64,000 bases of DNA from Octopus sinensis (lineage: Eukaryota), in assembly GCF_006345805.1 (NCBI RefSeq), contig NC_043007.1, forward strand, positions 28,644,001 to 28,708,000. The letters run 5' to 3'. A program made the position numbers and the translations under genes. Positions 25,001 to 36,189 of the stretch are shown in pieces; the first letter of the stretch is position 1; the number at the start of each line of letters is the position of its first letter. The notes beneath the pieces are model-generated. The model saw only the letters and a program-made list of their open reading frames with translations. It ran no database searches and was not told where the DNA came from.

Positions 25001-26981
25001 GGAAGAAGAAGGAGAAATAGAGAAGTGATGAAGAGAGAGACTAATGGTATGGATGTTATGACAGGGACAGTCATAGTATAAGGGGAATGAGAAAGAGACA
25101 CTAATGACAAGAGAGAGGGGTGAGGGAGGAAAAGCTGTAAAAGGGGACCAGCAGGAGTAAAATGCACAAAAATAGTGATGAACCTATGAGAGGTATTACG
25201 CAACCAATGCAGGTTACTCAGGGAAACTCTCGACTGACTTGAAGAGGAAATAATGATGTCAGACTCAGAACCTTCAACCTTGGCTGTTTTAGGGCTAAAA
25301 TGTTTATTGGGCCCTGTAAAAATAAGCAGTCAGCCAAATATGTGGGATGCAGCTTATGTAACAAAATGGAGCATTTTGCCAAAGTACATCAATCTAGCAA
25401 GAAACTCGCACCATTTCCCCATCCTACAACCTCTCCTCTTCTTCTCCATTGTTCTTTGCAATAACTATTGTTGTTAATAGACTAAACAGCAAAATAGTGG
25501 TTGCCCTTCTTGATGATGGCAGTGCAAGAAACTTTGTAAATCATGTATTTGTAGTAAAAGACAAGACGAAACACCTACTTGATAACATTGCAGTGGCTTC
25601 TGATTCGCAAACCAAGTGATGGATTTTATCCCTTCTGTCATTTGCCTTTTGGCACCAGAAACAGTGGGCACAAAAAATTTAAGTGTTAGCATCTATTTCT
25701 AGTATATAACTTAGATTTTGAAGGAAGATACTGAAAAACTATGATCTATTGAAACCCACACTATTGCAGTTCATCGTCCTGATCCAAAAGTAGAAATTAT
25801 AGTACTCAGGTGTTGAAAACTTTGGCCCACATTTTAATATCATTTAGCATGTGGTTGACACCTGACAGAAGGGTTTGGTCTGAATGCCATGAAAAAATGT
25901 GTTAAATCACCCAACTGAAGACATCCAGAGATCACAGGGTGGTTTTAAAGTTCCATTCACCAACACACTTCAGTCTGCCTTTTACTCTGAGAGAGAGAGA
26001 GAGAGAGACCTTTTGTTATTAACAGGAGTAATAACTAAGCTTTTTCCAGCTTACCATTCTAACAGCTATTGTTTCTGAACAACTTCCTCCACTGCTAATT
26101 AAGTCAGCTAGGTAACATAAACTATCTAATAATTCGTAAAGATCCTCCTGGGTATTTCAGAAAGTCTATTTCTGATATGCTCTTAGTGCTTATGGCTCCT
26201 ACCATCTGCCACAGACAAAGTTTTTTTTTCCGTCTGTTAATCTTCCTGTAGTTCCACTGCACATCTTGTGTGTCCTTGGCTTCCACTGACTACACCTGTG
26301 GAATTTCCTCCCACACCTTTTCTACATATTGATCAAAGCCATTTTACTACTAAAGGAGTAGCAATTTATTTTCATGCTTACCAGAACTTTGGTCTTTACT
26401 AAGTTAATTTCAAGGTCCTTTGAGCTCAGATTTTGCTTCCACACCTGAAATTTCTTTTAATTCTCCTACAGATTCAGCTCTAAGAAGGTTAACAGCATAA
26501 GAGTTTCCATAGACAAAAGTGTTAAATTTCTCTGTTAGCCTGGCAGACTATGATGAATAGTAGGGAACTGAGAATCAAACCCTTCTGAACTCCTATCTGC
26601 ACCCTTAATTCATTGCTGTACTTGTTGCTAAAGCTTTCACATTACTCATGGCATCCCTGGACATGGCTTGTATGGCTCTCACAAGTCATTTACCGATTCC
26701 TTTCTGAAAAGAAAAAAGATGTTAGAATTTTTGATTCCCCTCACTTGTTTAAAATTTGCTTTTTTTCTTCTTCTTGTTTTTGTTGTCCATCATCATCATC
26801 ATCATCATCATCTATTAAGTGAAAATAGTTGTAGTTGGCCTAAACTATCTTTATTTTTGTATTTCTATATTTTCAGCCAGCTGTGGACATACCAGGACTG
26901 AACATGGGTCAACATGAATATTATGCTTACGTTTTCTACAAGATTAATCTAGACATGTTGGACAGCAACGCAAGGTTCTGA
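3915..26981 (+). CDS. ATP6V1C1: V-type proton ATPase subunit C, complete spliced CDS: join(3915-4046,5313-5380,8686-8771,10112-10206,12937-13028,13262-13360,13737-13805,15439-15531,17674-17767,21480-21577,23174-23300,26877-26981)
   Basis: The 12 GT-AG exons sum to 1158 nt (385 aa + stop). Translation runs [15 protein letters not shown]...[19 protein letters not shown]...[15 protein letters not shown]...[14 protein letters not shown]...[11 protein letters not shown]...[13 protein letters not shown]...[11 protein letters not shown] and is collinear with known V1-C subunits. Confidence 0.97.
5313..5380 (+). CDS. ATP6V1C1: V-ATPase C coding exon 2
   Basis: [22 protein letters not shown]; tctag acceptor, GTGAGT donor. 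Confidence 0.96.
7040..7530 (-). mobile_element. Decayed RTE LINE RT fragment
   Basis: Minus-strand ...[14 protein letters not shown]...VQRLERNEA, homologous to the RTE copy at 45700-45890. Confidence 0.7.
8080..8284. mobile_element. piggyBac-type MITE
   Basis: TIRs CCCTTTAGTATT (8080) and AATGCTAAAGGT (to 8284), flanked by CTAA and TTAA (TTAA target duplication, one side mutated). No ORF. Confidence 0.7.
8686..8771 (+). CDS. ATP6V1C1: V-ATPase C coding exon 3
   Basis: [28 protein letters not shown]; tgcag acceptor, GTAAGA donor; phases match the neighbouring exons. Confidence 0.93.
9373..9715 (+). mobile_element. tRNA-derived SINE (second family)
   Basis: A-box AGCTCAGTGG, B-box GAGTTCGATTCC, CORE-like CTTGAGCAAGACACTT...CTCAGCTGTAGAAATG. 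Confidence 0.75.
10112..10206 (+). CDS. ATP6V1C1: V-ATPase C coding exon 4
   Basis: [31 protein letters not shown]; tacag acceptor, GTAATT donor. Confidence 0.96.
11453..11544 (+). ncRNA. Degenerate type I hammerhead ribozyme motif in a Penelope-like remnant (V-ATPase intron 4)
   Basis: GGCTAACT-CTGATGA-GTGTAAGG...CCTTGCGC-AAAA-CTGATTAG-TA-AGATCAGCC: stem I, 8-bp stem II, near-palindromic stem III. The GAAA reads AAAA. Confidence 0.6.
12937..13028 (+). CDS. ATP6V1C1: V-ATPase C coding exon 5
   Basis: [30 protein letters not shown]; tccag acceptor, GTAAGT donor. Confidence 0.96.
13262..13360 (+). CDS. ATP6V1C1: V-ATPase C coding exon 6
   Basis: [32 protein letters not shown]; ttcag acceptor, GTAAGA donor. 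Confidence 0.96.
13737..13805 (+). CDS. ATP6V1C1: V-ATPase C coding exon 7
   Basis: [22 protein letters not shown]; ttcag acceptor, GTATGT donor. Confidence 0.95.
15439..15531 (+). CDS. ATP6V1C1: V-ATPase C coding exon 8
   Basis: [30 protein letters not shown]; tgtag acceptor, GTAAGA donor. Confidence 0.94.
17674..17767 (+). CDS. ATP6V1C1: V-ATPase C coding exon 9
   Basis: [31 protein letters not shown]; tgcag acceptor, GTAAGC donor. Confidence 0.96.
18725..19570 (+). mobile_element. Non-autonomous Helitron/Helentron-type element (Lep1/DINE-1-like architecture)
   Basis: 5' ACTAG followed by the subterminal palindrome CCCGGCGTTGCCCGGG; internal AAGTTTCATCAGAATCGG-type motifs; 3' CAGACAGACA...TTTTATATATATAGAGAT. 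CpG-rich compared with the host intron. Confidence 0.65.
20300..21200 (-). mobile_element. Decayed LINE fragments: RTE 3' part (~20300-20700) and RTE endonuclease part (~20740-21200)
   Basis: Minus-strand KIDFILTRK...[13 protein letters not shown] matches the endonuclease motif at 43830-43930. ...[10 protein letters not shown] resembles an RTE C-terminus. Confidence 0.55.
21480..21577 (+). CDS. ATP6V1C1: V-ATPase C coding exon 10
   Basis: [32 protein letters not shown]; attag acceptor, GTTTGT donor. Confidence 0.96.
23174..23300 (+). CDS. ATP6V1C1: V-ATPase C coding exon 11
   Basis: [42 protein letters not shown]; ttcag acceptor; the GTAAGC donor at 23301 keeps frame with the last exon. Confidence 0.94.
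26877..26981 (+). CDS. ATP6V1C1: V-ATPase C terminal coding exon
   Basis: [34 protein letters not shown]; ttcag acceptor, TGA at 26979-26981. Confidence 0.95.
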   Translation, partial: PAVDIPGLNMGQHEYYAYVFYKINLDMLDSNARF

Positions 26982-27155
26982 GGTGGTTATGGCCAGAAGA
27001 TAAACAAGTCTGAAACTTTCACAACATTCCATAAACAACTTTGTGAATGTCACTGATTTCTGCTGTGTACAATAATAGTGTATGAACACTACAACAGTGT
27101 GTGTGTGTATACACAATATACACACCACCCATAGTACACACTTCTGAGAGCATGC

Positions 27156-27161
27156 AATAAA
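27156..27161 (+). terminator. Probable polyadenylation signal of the V-ATPase C gene
   Basis: First AATAAA after the stop codon (~175 nt downstream), followed by T/GT-rich sequence. Confidence 0.55.
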
Positions 27162-27515
27162 GACTTTACCATAATATCTTGTTTTACTGAGAGACAGGAT
27201 TAGCAAGTAGGATTTTCTCTTATGGATCAGTTGTGGTGGTGGTGGTGTGGGGTGGGGGGTGCTCAGTGGTGTTTAGAGTAGTTAGCAGTCGACATGCCTC
27301 CACTCTTCACTTATTCATTATTATCATGATTATCATTGTTATTATTATTGTTAATATTATTATTATTAATCCTATTGTCATCATCGTCATCCTCATCACC
27401 AGTGTTCCCTAATAATGGAGTCAGGTGTAATGGTGAAAGATTTTGATAATTTCAACTCTCTTGTTAACAACACTTTCCCCCTTTGTTTGTTCTGTTTTCT
27501 CATAATCCAGATGTG

Positions 27516-27548
<33 letters not shown>

Positions 27549-29392
27549 GGTGTTTTGAACAAATTTATAGTCAACAAATGGTTGTTATAGCTCTACTGGG
27601 GGTGGGGGAGTGTCCAAATTCTTGACAAAATGAATCTATTGTGTCATTAATGATGAATTGTTATAAGATATCAATTAAAGGAACTGATTAAAATATTGAT
27701 TTCCTTTTTCGTTTATCAGTCCCCATTAATTTTACTTTCTTATTTCTTTACTGCCCACCAGGGGGCTACATACAGAGAGGACAAATGGATTAAGTCGATT
27801 ATATCGATCCCAGTACATAACTGGTACTTATTTAATCGACCCTGAAAGGATGAAAGGCAAAGTTGACCTCGGCGGAATTTGAACTCAGAACGTAGCGGCA
27901 GACAAAATACCACTAAGCATTTTGCCCAGCGTGCTAACGATTCTGCCAGCTTGCTGCCTTTAATTTTACTTTCTACTCAGATTTTTCACACACACACACA
28001 CACACACAACACACACACACACACACACAGTGTAAATTCAATGAAGAATAAAAAAAGTCAACACAAGAGGGGCAAGTTTTAACAAATATACTCGGTTAAT
28101 GCTTTGACAGAAAGAGTGGTAACATTTCTGTCCCTTCTGATGAAGGAACAGAAAAGCATAACAGATGTGAGACACAAGAATAATCTGTGAAAGAAGAAAC
28201 ACAAAGATGAGGAGTTTGAAAGCAGATGGGAATGTGGGAGCAAACTAAGAAAGGAGGAGGGAGCAAGTGGAGGAGTGTGTGTGTGTGTTTGTAAAGAAGC
28301 TTTTGTGGAGCGTGGTGCCTGTATTCTAATGTGATGTGTGTTTGTAGAGATATGAAAGGGTGAAAGTATCGTAACATAGTTTAATGTGAATGTTTGTAAT
28401 CATTTAGTGTGTATGAAGAAAGCATGGATGTGAGGAGGTGGAAACAGGCAAATGGAAAGGAAGAAGAATGTGGAGGGTGAGATTAGTGTGAGTGGGAAAT
28501 GGTTTTACATGGAAGAAAGGGAAAAGAGAGAAAAGTTATTAGTTCTGGGAAGAGGAGAGAGGATTATAAGAAATTTTTTTTATAAAAACTACCAAACTGG
28601 AAAAAATGTCCAGCGATGTTTGATGGGGTGGAGAAATGATAATAGTGAGGAAAATCTGGTAAGGCCAATGGAGAAGAGGTAGCTGTGTTGAACAAGTTAA
28701 GAGCTGAAAAAGAGTGTAAAATAGTTGAAAGTCCATAGTGTAAATCAATGTCATGATAGAAGTGGGGGGGGGGATTACTTTACAGAGATGAGAGTAAGGG
28801 GAGGTAATCAGTAAGAGAAGTGTGTGTCAGTAAAGAGGAAGTGAGAAATAGAGAGAGAAAAGTGTGATACAGAGTTATGAAGCCGAGTGGTGGATTGAAA
28901 AAGTGCGTGTGTGTTGTGTGTGGTTATATGCACATATAAGAAGAGAAAGTGAATGATACGTGGAGTGCTGTTGTGTTTGTGTGATTTTTAACTGATAAGC
29001 AAACAGTTTGTTCACTGAATTTAGAAACAAAGCTATTGGCTTGTTTAGGTTTAAAGGTTCAGGTACTTGTGGCCGTGAAGACATTCGTGGCACGGAGTCC
29101 ATTGCACTAATGAGCTGAATGTCTTACAAACACATTATTATCGTGCAAGGATGAAGTGCAAAAACTGATTCTATATATATTTGGAACATTAAATACTCTG
29201 TTATTATCCTTGAGAGATCCTCTCATGTAGACACTTGGTGCTTAGATGTACACACCTGGATCATAGCAGACATGTATGTAAACTTGTCACCTGTTCAAAT
29301 ATGCTTGAATCCTATTCAAATCCATAGAAAAGCCATTCACTCTACTTGGTCATGGAGGAAAATTCTTACTCTGTGGGTTTTGTACATATATA

Positions 29393-30827
29393 CAGCCTTG
29401 GCCAAAAGTCTTAGGCCACCCCTATGTTTTGGAGTTCTGCTATCTCAATATTAATGAAACTCGTGCGCATAGTAGATTATGGTATATTTCACAATATACA
29501 GTAGTTTTAATATCTGGTTGACCCTCCTTTAGCATCAATGACCACTTTTATACGGTTAGGCATTGAATCAGCGAGTTTCTTGCAGGTGCTAGGTGCAATT
29601 TTATTCCCTTCTTCTCTCAACTGTTGGTACAAATGCTCTTTATTTTTAATTGTTGTGTTCCTGATAGCTTCATCAAGAGTTCCCCATAGGAGTTTGATCG
29701 GATTTAGATCAAGACATTGAGCTGACCAATCCATGGAACCAATAATTTGTGTCTCAAACTATTGATGAGTATTCATTGCTGTGTGACATGGAGCATTGTC
29801 CTGTTGAAAGATAACACTGTTTTCCAACACTCCTGGATGCAAATTAGCAATAGCTCTAAAACATCTGATAACATAGAAACACAGGTAGCTGAATTCCCTG
29901 ATATAGAAACATTTCGTGACACACAAAATTTGCACCAGATGCACTGAAAACCTGAGTAAAAACATGAAAATCAATATTAGCTTTATGTTGGATGAGTTTT
30001 TATATATTGTGGGCAACAAACCAGTTACATTAAGTTTATATGTGATTGAACACCTGTACTATCTTACCTCATAGTTACTTCCATCAGACCATATGACTTT
30101 CAACCATTGCTCACTGGTCCGATTTCAGTGGGTTTTGGCCCACTGAAGACGTTTTTCCATATTCGCTTCAGAAACCCATGGCTTCTTCCTGACTTTACAG
30201 CCTTTCAGACCCTACTCTACAAGCCTTCTTCTAACAGTTAGGGTTGATATTTGTGAAGTATTTGCCTTGTTGAAGTCTGTACAGAGCTCTGACGATGTTT
30301 TCCTTCTGTTTCTGAGCGACTGATGGATGATGGATCTGTCATTACGAAGTGATGTAACCTTTCTTCTGCCTGTTCTTTGTATTGTCTTCACATCTTTTGT
30401 CTCTCTGAAGCGGTTGAGAGTTGTTTGCACCACACATCGAGAACATTTCATCTTCTGGGCAATTTGCCTTTGAGACATTCCATCTTTACAATAAGCTTCT
30501 GATTTGATCTCGTTCACACTCATTCAACTCCCTTGTTTTAGGCATTTTACTGTTTATTAACTTTATCTACAACATATTTTAGTATAAAACTCTGAAATAA
30601 TCAAGGAAACATAGGTTCACTTTGAACGTTGGTCTTACTCATAATTGGTTGCATATGTACATTATAATATAAAAATGGTAATTGATGCTAAAGGAGGGTC
30701 AACCAGATATTAAAACTACTGTATATTGTGAAATATACCATAATCTACCATGTGCACGAGTTTCATTAACATTGAGATAGCAGAACCCCCAAACACTGGG
30801 ATGGCCTAATACTTTTGGCCAAGGCTA
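29393..30827 (-). mobile_element. Tc1-family DNA transposon, full-length ends, defective, with an intron in the transposase
   Basis: 160-bp TIRs (29393-29552 and 30668-30827) starting CAGCCTTGGCCAAAAG, with TA on both flanks. Transposase runs from ATG 30545 (MPKTRELNECER) through the HTH region, WSDG, FQQDNAPCH and DLNPIKLLW to DAKGGSTRY* (29507), with frameshifts and an internal deletion. Confidence 0.92.
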
Positions 30828-31279
30828 TAACATCGGACCAACCTGAATGGATTTGATTGACGGAAACTGAAGGAAGCCCATCATGTGAGTGTGTGTATGT
30901 CATTATATATAATCTTCTCTGAATATCACGTGGTGATTGTAAATGAGTATCATCTTCAAAGACACAAGGTTGTGCATATCTAGTCTTCTGTGAAAAATAT
31001 GGATAACTATAGAAAAAAGAATCCATTGCTTGGAAACTTAGTGATGGTTGCTGACTGCAAGGGCATTTGCCCTTAGAAAATCTGCCTTAAATTCTCTCTG
31101 ATCCATGCTTGCATGGAAAAGTAGGCATTAAATGATTACACGTGTGTATGTGTGTATATTGAAGACATTGACTGGATTTGCCCAGCTAGAATGCATTTGT
31201 TATTCTCTTCTGTAGTGGGTTAATGAACCATAATTTTTTAAAACCAAAGAAATGGTCACGTGACTGACAAAAATCCTGT

Positions 31280-32190
31280 ACACTATAGATCTCTATTGCA
31301 AGCAGACCTGGACACACTGCAGCAGTGGATCATGAACTGGCAACTCAAGCTGGCTGTGGACAAATGTACCACCATGCATTTTGGGAGGAGAAACCCAGCG
31401 TCCACCTACTCCCTCCACAACACTAGTCTCAAAAAGTCTTCATGTGAACGTGACCTGGGTGTTATTGTCGACAGTGATTTGCGTTGGACAAAACACATCG
31501 CTAAAATTGTCAAGAAGGCTGAGGGTATCTTGGCATCACTCACCAAATCCTTTGTGAGCCGCTCTCCGGCTATCTATTTGTGGCTTTATATAGCTATGGT
31601 AAGACCTCACCTGGAGTTTGCATCACCGGTCTGGAACCCCTATCTTGCCCAGGATATCAATCGTCTGGAAGCTGTTCAGCAACGTGCAACCAAAAGAATA
31701 CCCTCCATCAGGCATTTGCCATATCCTGAATGCCTTACTTCCCTGGGCATGGACACATTGAAACTCCGATGTCTGGCAGATGACTTGGCAAACACCCATA
31801 AAATTATCAACCATCTTACAAACAATAACTCTGAGCACCTTTTCAAACTCCACCCATCTAACACCCGTGGACATATTTACAAAGTCAGAAAACAGCACAG
31901 CTCCCATGACTTTAGGAAACATTTTTTCACGCTGAGAGTTGCTGAAGCAGGAACAAACTGCTGGCATCAGTTGTTAGTTGTCGGAGCACTGCATCCTTCA
32001 AAACTTCCATGCTTCCTGAGATTCGCCAACACTACACCTGATTTTCTCCCCTCCATACACACACAAGCATGTATCTGACTCATACACTGTTCACTTTCCA
32101 GACATTTCTACATTACTGCATATACTCTATACACATTTTCTGACAAGTTGTGGTGTACCTGAGCACTGTATACAATAATTTCATTATTAT
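31280..32190 (+). mobile_element. 5'-truncated CR1-group LINE (RT C-terminal part)
   Basis: LQADLDTLQQW...CERDLGVIVDSDL...VRPHLEFASPVWNP...NTRGH...RKHFFTLRV, then a short ATT tail. Confidence 0.88.
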
Positions 32191-32699
32191 TATAAAAATC
32201 TTGCAGTACGAAGTTACGTCCCTTCCCATTATGATTTGGTCCCAGACTGGATGTGGGAAGGACGGGCTTTTTAACCGATTCTTCTAGGGTTAATGAAAGC
32301 ATTCTTGGGATTTTAATTTAATCTCCTCTCCTCTATTTTTTGCTTTGGTTCTCATCTTTTTTCAAAACTTTTTTTTTCAACTCCCTGTGCTTAACCTACA
32401 AAGATTCTGGTTTTGATGATGTGATCATATTTTTAGTGATCTTTCGTTTTAGAAACATATTTCTGCAGGAAAATACAAAAATAGTTGGGTGACTAAAACC
32501 AGAGATAAAGAATTTTTTTCAAAATTTCAATTTTTTTTAATGGAACCCCACCTCACATCCACTAAATTGATTCAACTAGTTCCATTCTAAAATGTGGTGC
32601 AAATGTTTGTCCAGAAACATATAAGGAAATAATATAAAAATGTCTTTAAGCAAAGGGACTTAAAACAGTTGAGAAAGCATGTGGAAAGCAATGAAATTC

Positions 32700-33160
32700 T
32701 TCCATTCTCATGATTTCCTACCATTCAGACCACTTCATGGTCCCAGCAGACAAAGTGGCAAAGGCTTTGCCCTGGAAGATGGCAAGGGAGATGTGCTTGA
32801 AGGGAGACCTACTCTGACTCACGGGACTCACACTTGAGGATAACCGTCTCTGCTTTGACAGTGATGAGCAGCGGGGATATGGTCCAGGGGCCAAGAACAT
32901 CAGAGGTCTCCACTGCCACAGGCTCAAATATAAACCTGTCAGAGAGTAACTGATACTTTGACAATTTGCTTTTCTTAGTTCGAGGGGCTGCGGAGCCTGG
33001 GCTGGTAGCTGAACACACCAAGTTACCTCTGCAAGTGTCACAGCATCTGGCATCCCAGATGAGGGGCCTGCTTTCATAAAAAGGAGTGTCCATCACCAAC
33101 TTGGGAAAGACAGAGACAGAATCAACATGATTACTGCAGATGCTAGAAATAGCAGCCAAA
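32700..33160 (-). mobile_element. CRE-like (restriction-like endonuclease) non-LTR retrotransposon 3' fragment
   Basis: RPLIWDARCCDT...SPGSAA..KKSKLSKYQLL..FIFEPVAVETS..LGPW...ISLAIFQGKA, resembling the WDxTxxDT / KxxKY / PxAVET / ISxAxQRGNA pattern of CRE-clade ends. The clade call is an inference. Confidence 0.6.
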
Positions 33161-36100
33161 CCTAGCTCAGATCATACCCAACTATCTTTAAAAACAAAGA
33201 AAGAACATATTAGATAATACAGTTCTGGGAAAACTTGGCTTGAGGAAAAGCTGAAATGATCCTGATTGCAATAGTTTAGTCAGCTTGCTCTGGCTGACCC
33301 ACTCTGGTAAACAACAAATGTAGAAGTCACACTCGGAAATGACTTTAGATAGAAACAGAAAAGTTTCAACGAGGAATTGTATAATAAACAGGATAATTTG
33401 AAGAGTTAGTATTTGTTTTTTTGTGAGTTTTTTTTTTTTACTTTTTATTGTAAATCAGCTTCATTACACACACACACAGTTTTACTCTTTAACCCTGAAC
33501 CTGACAAAATATATTGTGTTTTGCCCAAAGGTCTCAGTTCTGTTTTAATAGATTTAAATTGTGATTAATTTACAAAAATGCTCAACTGCTGAAATATTTT
33601 GTCATTGCTTCTTCTGTTTAATATAAGAACATAAAAAGTGAAATTCTGGTGGACATAAAGCAGGTTGGATTGAGGTGACTCATCAGAAAAGGAGACAAGC
33701 AAGTCTACCTCAGCATAACTTGAACTCAGAGCACAAAGCTACTCAACTAAATACTGCTAGATTTGGTTTGCAAATGTGTAAACCATCCTTCCAAGCCACC
33801 ATCCCTTTAATCTATGAAAACGATATTGTCAGTAACTGAAATATATAAATAACTATCAGAGATACTCGGCATTGCCCTTGTTACATGCAATTGAAGAATT
33901 AGACTTTTCTGTCATATTTTCTCTAATGAACTGGAATACCTATGATTCAAATTTCATCAAAATTGCAGGTGAGGGTTCTTTCCCTCTTTGCACACCCTAA
34001 AAGAATTCCAATCATGACACACGTATCCCCTACTACTGATCTTTATGTGCAGATTCCAAAATTCCAGTCTTATGGAACCTGTTAAAAGAATTTTGCTCCT
34101 GAAAAATGGAGGTCATGGAGCTCTAAAATGTGGGAGTTAAGGCCCCTATTGGGGGTGGGTGTCTTAATGTCAACCAGAGAAGTTGAATTGTTGAGAATCT
34201 TTTTAACTTGGGTCTTATATGCATTGTTCGAACTTCTTTGAAATAGGAAATATATGTTCACTGGGTTTGTAAAAGAGAGCAAAGCTACAGGAAAGCAAAA
34301 AACGAATGATCACAATAAGCAGTCAGCTACCCTACCTTAGTCGTTACTACTCCCCAATGTAGGATTCCTCACCATCCAGGTGACAGGTACAGCCGTAAGA
34401 TGCATTATGGATCTATAGCAATCTGAAGGGTGTGACCCAACTTAAACATTAACAACTGTGTGACGTGAGCGCCAAGGGGAAATGAAAGTGTCACCTCTGG
34501 AGTTTGCAAATGACCACTATACTGATACGTAACTGGACAGAATAAATTTACAATCTATAAATGTCTTTGAATAACCAGTCACTTATCTTGGAAGGCCTTG
34601 AAATCAATGTTACCATCTGGGGACTATGTCTGACCCAGTGATACTCAAAGGAGATCTGCAACCAAATAACTTTACTGAACACTTTGCAACTGAGTCAGTG
34701 AGGCAAAGATGCCTCTCATTTACTTGACAATTTATGCACCACATTGCAGAAATCACAATCTAGGTATATCTCAAAGCAAATTCCTACACTGTTGTACCAT
34801 TGAATTACAAATAATGCTCATCTTTTATGCTCGGGTGACCCTACAGCTTCCAAGAGTACAACCGTATTCATTTTTGCTTATATAAAATGACTACATTGTG
34901 GGTGTTAAGTCCCCATGAAGGGGTCTTTCTAACTTGTAAGAAGATGAAATTTTAGAAATATTACTACATTTGTCTCAAGCTGTAGAAACATTGTCAGGTC
35001 AGATTGGAGCCTGATGCAGCCACTGGCTTTCCAGACCTCAGTCAAACTGTCCAACCCATGCCAGCATGGAAAACGGACGTTAAATGATGATGATGATAAT
35101 GGTGATGGTGATGATGATGATGCACTAAAGTTGCAAAAGCTGATAAATTGCAGCATTCATTGAGATGTTACAAAGAAACTCACAGTCCTTAACGTGAGTG
35201 TTCCATAGTTTGTCTCATTTAATAAATTTAGTTGTCTGTTTATTATTTATTAAAAATGACTGAAAATGTAAATGACAAGATGGAAGTATCTTTTTTTATC
35301 CTTTATATACAGAGATTTAAAAAGTTGAGGTTTTTTCTTAGGAAACGGCAGACCACTGCTTACCTAGTTATTTGTATAAATGTCAAGCATTGAAGAGTTA
35401 ATCTTTGTGCCTGGCTTAAGAACAGGGCAGCCACATTCTTTTACAGTTGACAGACAAGTACCTTGTTATTGAGCATGTTAAGATCATGTGACAGTGAGGA
35501 CACATTCTGAGCTTGTATATATATATATCAGTGGCAACCAAGCCTGGCTGACCGTCTGAACAATTGTGGAATTAACCAAAGTAGAAGTTGTCTTGTCCCA
35601 CACTCTCCCACTCTCACTCACTCTCATTTTCTCTTCTATGCAACATCACTCTATCTCTATCTTCTTAGTACTACAATGATGACGTATACACACTTATTCA
35701 AGAAGAAATTAACTCTCTTATCCTCGTGAGCTTTTCCACTTATATAAAACACTTTGCCCGTTGAAGCATGGCATTATATTAAGTAACAGTAAATAAATGT
35801 TACTTTACACCTGCAATCACTGTTCTTTCTTCATCTTGCACATCTGCAACATCAACACCCGTTACAATTGCTAACTGCTGACTCCAACAATTATTATCAC
35901 AACTATCGTTACAAACTGGCAACCAACGCCAAAAAGACATTATCCGTTACATGCTCATAAGCCCAGTAACTCTTCAACTAAGTGTAATCATACAGCACTT
36001 CACCCCACCCGACTCCTTCATTCTTTCATCTCATTTCCATTCTCACATCCATGCGACTAAAACAGCAATTTTTTGCTCTCACAAAGCACTTCTTTGCTGG

Positions 36101-36189
36101 TGCTTTTTTTTTTTAACTGTTTATTTGTTGTGAATAATTATTGACTGTAACTGCTGTTGAATTTACAATTCAGAAGTGTCAAGTAGAAC

